From Candidatus Poribacteria bacterium (GTDB lineage: Bacteria > Poribacteria > WGA-4E > WGA-3G), in contig CAXXUA010000003.1 in assembly GCA_963663765.2 (NCBI GenBank), positions 558,081 to 622,080 on the forward strand: DNA of 64,000 bases, read 5' to 3'. Below are positions 36,675-46,200 of the stretch, one piece after another (positions within the stretch are counted from its first letter, which is position 1; the number at the start of each line of letters is the position of its first letter). The translations under genes were made by a program, and so were the position numbers. The notes beneath the pieces are model-generated. The model did no database searches. It was not told the origin of the DNA and saw nothing but the letters and a program-made list of their open reading frames with translations.

Positions 36675-37593
36675 AGTGAGTATTCAAGAAATACTCACTA
36701 TGTGGAATGTCAAATATAATAATTATATTTATATAGTCCTATTAAGTCAAGTTATAATATATATATTTATTAAATATATTATGATTATTTATTACTCTAT
36801 TGTCAGCGGATGTATCAATTCAGATATACGGTCCATCTGGCAGAGCGTATCAAAGCGGCAAGTCTTCTATCTCATTGTAGCAGCTTGTAGCGGTGGTTCT
36901 CTGTACCAGCCGTTGTTGTATGTCTGACATGGTGTGGCGTAGAGAACCGTTTTACACTGTGGTGTCTATAGGGTTATTTAGTTTTATGAATTGTCCGTTG
37001 AAGGATATTACTTATCAGTCCGATCTGCCATATAGGTTTGTGAACAGTTACAGCGAATCTCATAAATATTAGTTGGTGTGTTTTTTCTTTTAAGCGTTAA
37101 TCATCTCTGTTAAACTATTTCTACTAAGAGCATTGAAATCAATCCTCGGACTTAACATTATTGTTCTTATGACTGGACATAAAGGATATACATCCATCGC
37201 AACTTGAGCCCGAACCCAACCCGACCTCGCAAGAGACCTCGCAAGAACACTCGGTTTTACACACAAGAAAACACCTTGTCTCGCAACATTACATAATGAT
37301 CTAAAATATTTAGATGCTGATGCTGTTGAAAATACATTTACAGACTGGGTAGAAGACGTTTGTAAAAGTCGACCTGATTTAGAAGGTTGTCTTGACGCTG
37401 TTGCCATAGGCGGTAAAACGATGCGTGCCAGTAAGAAAAGTGGTGCGACAATAAGCCATTTACTCTCGGTTGTTTCTCATGAGTTAGGGGTTACACTGAT
37501 ACAACAAGATGTCAGTGGCAAAACCAACGAAATACCGATTTCAACAGAGATTCTCAATAACATTGATGTAAAGTGTAAAGTTATCACAACAGA

Positions 37594-38393
37594 GGGTGTG
37601 TAAAGTTTTTGCACAGAGGTACAAACTTTTGTTCTCTTTAGTCCCGTAGGTACGATATATCTATAGAAAGACGTTATCACCCTCTCTTGAGTTCCATAGG
37701 AATGACATAGAAGAATAAACATATCGTCCCTACGGGACTAAAAAGGCGTGTGAACTCGTATTCTATAAACATATCGTCCCTACGGGACTGAAGAGTATGG
37801 TTGATATTAACAATATTTCCTTATGTTGACAACACCTATGGGTCCTGTTCCCGCAATCTCTAATTTAATCAGTTGCGGCGTGGCACAGAGACCCATAGGT
37901 GTCAACTTAAGAAAAAGTCAAGTGCTAAATACCCCATCCCGGTAGGCGTGCTTTGTAAGTGCGCCGATAAATAAAGGATTGGCAACGGCGCGCTTACAAA
38001 GCACCAAATCAACGGTATGAATGCCGTTTAGGCATTCCCCGCCTACCTTGAGTGAGAAAATCGGGGTTTCAAGGTTTCCCTCCTATTGGCAACGGCGCGC
38101 TTACAAAGCACGCCTGCGGGTGAGTGCGGGTGAGTGCGGGGCGCGCTTACAAAGCACGCCTGCGGGTGAGTGCGGGTGAGTGCGTGGCGCGCTTACAAAG
38201 CACGACTGCAGGTGAGTTTGGGTCAGTGCGTGGCGCGCTTACAAAGTACGCCTACCTTGAGTGAGAAAATCGGGGTTTCAAGGTTTCCCTCCTACAATAA
38301 TATGAATCGCTAAGTTGACACCTATGCGGCGGGGCACAAAGACCCCGCCCTACAATGGAGAATGAACAGTGTGTGCAAAAACTTTACACACCC
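37594..38393. mobile_element. 800-bp non-autonomous element (IS256-like ends) inserted in the ISAs1 transposase gene
   Basis: Perfect 22-bp TIR gggtgtgtaaagtttttgcaca; 8-bp target duplication acaacaga (37586-37593, 38394-38401); no ORF; filled with REP-like hairpins. Confidence 0.85.
37940..38295. repeat. Cluster of REP-like ggcgcgcttacaaagcacgcct units with gcgggtgagt microrepeats
   Basis: About 5 direct copies plus one inverted copy; bracketed by ataggtgtcaactta / taagttgacacctat inverted repeats. Confidence 0.75.
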
Positions 38394-39348
38394 ACAACAG
38401 ACACTCTCTTGACACAGAATACTTTCTGTGTCAAGAGAGAGGCGGAAACTATCTACTTCCTGTCAAAAGAAATCATCCTGACCTCTTTAGTGAGATTGAG
38501 GACCTTTTTCAGAACATTCCTGACACACTCGCTGAGGATACAATACATCCTATTTTGAAAGAACCCATTGACGTTTATGAGACAGTTGAAAAATCACATG
38601 GTAGAATCCAAACAAGGTGTTTGAATGCAAGCACAAGTCTAAATGCATCCCTGGACTGGCGAGGGTTAGCACAAGTTCTCCAATATCGTTATACGTATAA
38701 GAACCTAAACACAGGAGAAGAAACACACAAAATCTCCTATGGTATTACAAGTCTAAATCCCAAAGAAACAACTGCCGAACGCTTACTCACTTTACGGCGT
38801 GGACATTGGTCTATAGAGAACAAATCTCACTGGATGCGGGATACGCTGCTTGGAGAAGATGCCTCGTCTGTCCGATGCGGTGCTATTCCACAAATAATGG
38901 CTGCTTTGCGAAATACAGCATTAGCAGTGCTGCGATTTGCTGGGATAACGCGTATAGCTGACGAGATAAAATACTTAGCTTCAAAACCTAAACTCCCAGT
39001 TAACTTGATAACTGAGAGTTTTTTAAACTAAATAACCCTGCCTTGCATTTGACACACAAGGCACTTTCAAAAAACTTAAATGCTCGTGACATCATCCGCG
39101 TTGTCTTGCGCGTTGTCGTTCGCGTTGTCTGATGTCACTTCTGTTGTAGATGTAATATCAATTGTTGTAGATTCAATTGTGTTTTCTAAAGTCACATTGA
39201 TAATAAGATTTATAGGTAGGTCATCTTCACATTCTTCCTCTACCTCGTGAGAAATAACAACCAATTACATGATAACCTTTTACATGCATTTACCAAAATG
39301 GTGGGGCGCGTCATTTAATAGGTTTAGAAAACCCCACGCCCATAAGGT

Positions 39349-40146
39349 CTATTCAATCTTCAATGTCCCCCAAGTAGTTGCAAGTTTGTCATGGAGTTCA
39401 ACCGAAAGCACACCGCCTGCAATTCTCGTAATTTCTTCTTCGGTTAAGACCCTATTATATAAACGAAAATCATCAATGAGGCCTAACCATGAACTACTTG
39501 TATCTTTTGCCCCTTTACCGATAATGAGTTTTACAACATTAGACACCTTGCCTTCAGTTGCATCACTATTATGGGTTGCATTATCGTCAAGTATGCCATC
39601 AATATAAAGTGACAACTGCTTACCGCTTTCCCAAGAATATGTGATATGTTGCCATTCCGTTGTCTGCATATTGCTTTGACTTTCATAGGTTTGCTTGCCA
39701 CCTGTAGTTGTCAAGGATGCCTTGATAACATCTACGCTACCTTTGACATCCCAACTGTCTTTGTCATAACGAAGACCGAATATGCTGTCACTGTCGTCAG
39801 GGTCAATCCCCATCAGAAAACCTCTATCGTGATTTGTTTCAGTTGCTTTTATCCAAACAGACATAGTAAAAGCAGTGAGTCCGTTGATATAATCCGCACC
39901 ATTCTCATCAACGATACAACTATCGTTGCCGTCTAAACTGATAGCACCGCGATACCTGCCTTCTGCAGATGCCCATTCAGCACCACCCATCAGTTTAGCG
40001 TTGTGGTTGTTACCACTATCATCAGACACAGCGTTACCACTGATTTCGTCAAATGGATAATAAACGATTAACCCGTCCTGTAGACTTGCAATAACAGAGC
40101 CGCACAGGGACATAAGAATTACCATAAACATTAGTAGATTACGCAC
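39349..40146 (-). CDS. Secreted LamG-like protein with KLATTWGTLK tail
   Basis: Signal peptide, YYPFDE..DDSGNNH, FTMSVWIK, EWQHITYSW, IDDFRLYNRVLTEEEI. Confidence 0.88.
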   Translation of the reverse strand: MRNLLMFMVILMSLCGSVIASLQDGLIVYYPFDEISGNAVSDDSGNNHNAKLMGGAEWASAEGRYRGAISLDGNDSCIVDENGADYINGLTAFTMSVWIKATETNHDRGFLMGIDPDDSDSIFGLRYDKDSWDVKGSVDVIKASLTTTGGKQTYESQSNMQTTEWQHITYSWESGKQLSLYIDGILDDNATHNSDATEGKVSNVVKLIIGKGAKDTSSSWLGLIDDFRLYNRVLTEEEITRIAGGVLSVELHDKLATTWGTLKIE

Positions 40147-40205
40147 AATTTAACTCCTTTTTTTGGATAAAGGGGAGCAACATGCACCCCTTAGGTTTGT
40201 TATAT

Positions 40206-43200
40206 TTACTTCAGTATCACCATCTTCCGAAGGATGGAAATTTTGTCCGCCTGCAGTTGATAAAAATAAACACCATTCGCCACACCCTCACCATAAGCGT
40301 TTCGACCATCCCAATGTGCCGCACGGCTTCTATTTGTATAGATTCCCGCAGGCTGACGACCAAGACCTAATTGACGTACAACGTTTCCGCGGACATCGTA
40401 GATCGTGATGCTAACTTCACTCGGATTCGCCAACTGATACGGTATCCACGTCTCAGGGTTGAACGGATTGGGATAGTTAGAAAACAAGGCAGTATCATCA
40501 GGTGACGCAGAAGGCGGCTGAACAGAAGGCGCAGCACCTGCTACATCGGTGACATTGATCGTAACGGTGATGATATCAGTACCACTATGATTTCTCGGTC
40601 TACCATAATGAATATCCAGAATATCCCGTACAAAGATTGAGAACGTATATGAGGACTTGGTTTCAAAATCCAATGCCTCCTTCGTTCTCAACTGCCCACT
40701 ATATTTATCAAGACCGAAGGGTTCAGCATCACCCAAGTAATTAGTCGAGGAATCACCCGAGTAATCATTGAAATACATTAAGGTATTACCATCCGCATCT
40801 GTTGCGGACAGAGGATTACCGATGTTTGTACCGACTTCAGTATTCTCTGCAACCGAGCGGGTAGTGCTTGCACCTTCGGTAAATATAGGCGGATTATTAT
40901 CAATGTTTAGATCAATATCAATATCCGTATTATTCTTCTTGAGGGTGCGGAGCGGACCGTAATCGGAAATCGGATTACGATAGAGATATAATTTATCTAT
41001 TGATGTTAGATTTTCAAATTCTGAGGCATCAGTAAGCAGATTGTCACCGATGTTGATTGTCTTTAAAGATGATAGTCCATCAAATACGTCAGAAGGTAGA
41101 CTGGACAAGTCGTTATCCGCAAGTCTGATCAATTCTATAGATGCGAGTCCTTCAAACACATCAGCAGAGAGGCTTGATATGGAGTTGTGACCCACGAAGA
41201 GGTCTTGTAGTGATGAGAGCCCATCGAACGTACTATCAGATAGACTTGTGATGGCGTTGAACTTTAGATCAAGCTCTGTCAGTGCTGAGAGTTCATCAAA
41301 AATATTATCAGGGATACTCGTTACGTTGCTATCAACGATCCTTAACCGCTCAAGTGCTGTTAACCCATCAAACAAACCATCAGGTAGACTTGTCATACTT
41401 CCATTATCGTAAATAGAGAGATCGGTGAGACCTGTAAGTCCATCAAAATCGTTAGCTGACAATGATGTTATACCTTGACTGCTGAAACTAAGAGACGTAA
41501 TAGCAGCAAGATGTGCTGCTGTTACATTGGCTGCAGCATCCACACCATCTATGTTTTCAACGATAGCATCTTGCACTTGCGATGTGCGTCCGCTTAACAC
41601 ATTTGTGTTCATTAGTTGTTGTGGTGGCTCAATCGCTACGTTCGTGATGTTGATCGTAACAGCAATAGAGTCGCTACCGCCTTTGTTATCGGAAACGGAG
41701 ACCGTTACCGAATAGGTATCCTTCTGTTCATAATTCAAGGGGGCTTTGGTTTTCAGTTGTCCTGATGTGGTAACAAGCGCAAATGATGCCGCATCGGTAC
41801 CACCTAGGCTATAGGTAAGCGTATCACTACTATCAGCATCGGTTGCAGATACCGGATCACCGATTTCTGTGCTTGATGCCGTATTCTCTTCGATAGACCG
41901 CGTTGCGGTTTCACCTTCAGTGAACATCGGAAGGTTCTCGTTTAAATCCGTGATATTGATCGTCACGCTAATGTTATCTTCACCGCCATTACCATCAGAG
42001 ACAGTGATTGTGACCGAATAGAATTTCTTTGCTTCATAATCCAAAGCAGCCTTGGTTTGCAGCTGCCCAGATGTGCTCACAATACTAAACGAATCTGCAT
42101 CGGTGCCCCCCAGTGTGTAGGTGAGCGTATCACTACTATCTGCATCAGTCGCAGATACAGCCGTACCTACATTCATGTTTGCTGCCGTATTCTCTGCAAC
42201 AGAGCGAGTCGTGCTTTCACCATCTGTGAACGCGGGGATACTGTTTTCCGCCACATCCGTGACTTTTATCGTTACGTCAATGGTATCGCTTTTACCATTG
42301 CCATCGGCAACAGTGATTGTCACTGAATAAGAGTTCTTCATCTCATAATCAAGTGCTGCATTTGTTTGCAGTTGTCCACTTGTGCTAACGATGCTAAATG
42401 AACTTGCATCTGTCCCACCGAGCGTGTATGTAAGGTCATCGTCATCTGCATCCGTCGCAGAAGCAGCATCACCGATGTTCGCACCTGAACCAGTATTCTC
42501 AGCGACTTCGCGCGATGTAGTTTCGCCATCCGTGAACACAGGTGCGCGGTTCTCATCTACATCTGACACATTGATTGTCACCGCAATCTCATCAGTAAGT
42601 TTGCCATCGGAGACAGTGATTTCAACAGCGTAGGATTTCTTGGTTTCATAATCAAGTGCTGCACTTGTGCGCAGCTGCCCATTAGTGCTGTTAATGCTAA
42701 ACGAAGTTGCGTCTGTCCCACCAAGCGTGTATGTAAGGTCATCGTCATCTGCATCCGTCGCAGAAACAGCATCACCGATGTTCGCACCTGAACCAGTATT
42801 CTCAGCGACTTCGCGCGATGTAGTTTCGCCATCCGTGAACACAGGTGCACGGTTCTCATCTACATCTGACACATTGATTGTCACCGCAATCTCATCAGTA
42901 AGTTTGCCATCGGAAACAGTGATTTCAACAGAGTAGGATTTCTTGGTTTCATAGTCAAGGGCTCCACTTGTGCGCAGCTGCCCATTAGTGCTGTTGATGC
43001 TAAACGATGATGCGTCTGTCCCACCAAGGGTGTATGTAAGGTCATCGTCATCAGCATCCGTCGCAGAAACAGCATCACCGATGTTCGCACCTGAGCCAGT
43101 ATTCTCAGCGACCTCGCGCGATGTAGTTTCGCCATCTGTGAACACAGGTGCACGGTTCTCATCTACATCTGACACATTGATTGTCACCGCAATCTCATCA

Positions 43201-46200
43201 GTAAGTTTGCCATCGGAAACAGTGATTTCAACAGAGTAGGATTTCTTGGTTTCATAGTCAAGGGCTCCACTTGTGCGCAGCTGCCCATTAGTGCTGTTGA
43301 TGCTAAACGATGATGCGTCTGTCCCACCAAGGGTGTATGTAAGGTCATCGTCATCAGCATCCGTCGCAGAAACAGCACTACCGATGTTCACACCTGAGCC
43401 AGTATTCTCAGCGACTTCGCGCGATGTAGTTTCGCCATCTGTGAACACAGGTGCGCGGTTCTCATCTACATCTGACACATTGATTGTCACCGCAATCTCA
43501 TCAGTAAGTTTGCCATCGGAGACAGTGATTTCAACAGCATAGGATTTCTTGGTTTCATAATCAAGTGCTGCACTTGTGCGCAGCTGCCCATTAGTGCTGT
43601 TAATGCTAAACGAAGTTGCGTCTGTCCCACCGAGCGTGTATGTAAGGTCATCGTCATCAGCATCCGTCGCAGAAACAGCACTACCGATGTTCACACCTGA
43701 GCCAGTATTCTCAGCGACTTCACGCGATGTAGTTTCGCCATCCGTGAACACTGGTGCACGGTTCTCATCTACATTCAACACATTGATTGTAATATCAATT
43801 TCATCTGAGAGCGTCCCGTCTGAGACAGTGATTGTCACTAAATAGGACTTTTTGGTTTCATAGTCAAGTGAGGTTTTTGTTTGAAGCTGTCCACTTGTGC
43901 CAACAATGTCAAATGACGCTGCATCTGTCCCACCAAGGGTATATGTCAAAGTGTCACCATCATCAGGATCCGTTGCGGATACCGTCCCGCCGATATTCAT
44001 ACCTGCTGCCGTATTCTCTGCAATAGACAAGCTTATTTCTGTATTGGCTGGGATAATAGGTGCTTCATTCACATCAGTGACGCTAATCGTGACGGTGATA
44101 CTATCAGTTCCGCTCCCATCAGAGACAGTGACAGTGACCGTATAAGAGGCTTTCGCCTCATGATTAAGAGCAGCCCTTGTTTTCAATTGCCCGTTAGCAC
44201 TGTCAATACTAAACGATGCCGCATCTGTGCCGCTTAGCAGATACGCAAGCGTGTTTTTATCCGCATCTGTTGCACTAATAGGTGTGCCGATGTTGGAACC
44301 TGCATCAGTATTTTCAGCGACAGAACGTGTTGTGCTTGTACCCTCAGAGAATACTGGGGGGTTGTTAGAAGGCGTTTCATCTAAGTTCGTGATGCTGATT
44401 GTTACCGTGATTATATCTGTCAAACTACCATCGGAGACAGAGATTGTCACCGAATAGGCTGTCTTTTTTTCATAATCAAGGGTAGTTTTTGTTTTCAACT
44501 GTCCAGTCTCACCCTCAATACTGAATGATACTGCATCCGTTCCACCGAGGGTATATGTCAGGTCGTCCCCTTCCGGGTCGTTGGCAGAAACCGCACGACC
44601 TACATTGATGTCTGCAGGAACGTTCTCTGCAATAGCGCGCGTTGTGGTAGTACCATCCAAGAAGACAGGTGCTTCATTGACATCCGTAACTTTAATCGTA
44701 ACGCTGATGCTGTCGGTGCCTCCGTTACCATCGGAAGCATTGACGGTCAGCGAATACGAAGATTTGCTCTCATAATTCAATACAGCACTGGTTTTCACTT
44801 GTCCTGAACGACTATCAATGCTGAACGAAGACGCATCTGTGCCACTGAGTCTATATGTCAACGTATCGTCATCCGCATCGGTTGCTGTGATTGGACTGCC
44901 GATATTGACGTCGGAACCTGTATTCTCAGCAACAGTGAGCGTCAGGCTGCTTCCATCCGTAAACTCAGGGGCATTGTTTGTCGGCGATTCGTCTACATCC
45001 GTTACATTTACTGTGACAGATATACTATCACTACCACCATTCCCATCAGAAACAGTAATCGTAACTGAATATGATGACTTCGTTTCAAAGTCTAACGCTG
45101 TACTTGTTCGCAGCTGCCCATTAGTGCTGTCAATAGTGAATGAAGACGCATCGGTACCGCTAAGACCATAAGTCAAAGTATCATTATCTGAATCTGTCGC
45201 AGAAACGGCTGAACCGATGTCAGCACCAGAACCCGTATTCTCCGGCACGCTAAGGGTCGTGCTTTCTCCTGCTGTGAACACAGGTTCGTTGTTTGTCGGC
45301 GATTCGTCTACATCCGTTACATTGATCGTAACAGATATACTATCACTACCACCATTCCCATCAGAAACAGTAATCGCAACTGAATACGAGGACTTCGTTT
45401 CATAGTCAAGGGACGTATCGGTTCGCAGCTGCCCGGTTGTGCTGTCAATACTAAATGAGGACGCATCGGCACCGCTAAGACCGTAAGCCAAAGTATCGTT
45501 ATCTGAATCTGTCGCAGAAACGGCTGAACCGATGTCAGCACCAGAACCCGTATTCTCCGCCACGCTAAGGGTTGTGCTTTCTCCTGCTGTGAACACAGGT
45601 GCGTTGTTATCGGGATTTTCATCTACATCCGTTACATTAATCGTCACGTTTATGGCATCGTTTCCCGTGTTGCCATCAGATACGGTGACTATAACAGAGT
45701 AGGACGACTTCGTTTCATAATCTAACGCTGCACTTGTTCGCAGCTGCCCGGTTGTGCTGTCAATACTAAATGAGGACGCATCGGTGCCGCTAAGACCGTA
45801 AGTCAAAGTATCGTTATCTGAATCTGTCGCAGAAACGGCTGAACCGATGTTAGCACCAGAACCCGTATTCTCCGGCACGCTAAGGGTCGTGCTTTCTCCT
45901 GCTGTGAACACAGGTGCGTTGTTTGTCGGCGATTCGTCTACATCCGTTACATTTATTGTAACAGATATACTATCACTACCACCATTCCCATCTGAAACAG
46001 TAATCGTAACTGAATATGATGACTTCGTTTCATAGTCAAGGGACGTATCGGTTCGCAGCTGCCCGGTTGTGCTGTCAATACTGAATGAGGACGCATCGGT
46101 GCTGCTAAGGCTGTAAGTCAAAGTGTCGTTATCTGAATCTGTCGCAGAAACGGCTGAACCGATGTCAGCACCAGAACCCGTATTCTCCGGCACGCTAAGG

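Larger units (their letters stand above)
36969..39040 (+). mobile_element. ISAs1-family IS with decayed transposase and a nested insertion
   Basis: TIRs agggttatttagttt / aaactaaataaccct; motifs GKTMR, KTNEIP, VKRNHP, EKSHGRIQTR, HWSIENKSHWMRD. Confidence 0.85.

Noticed and set aside
39076-39264. Small acidic ORF, and ORF 49396-49662
   Set aside because: No recognisable motif or convincing start; left unannotated
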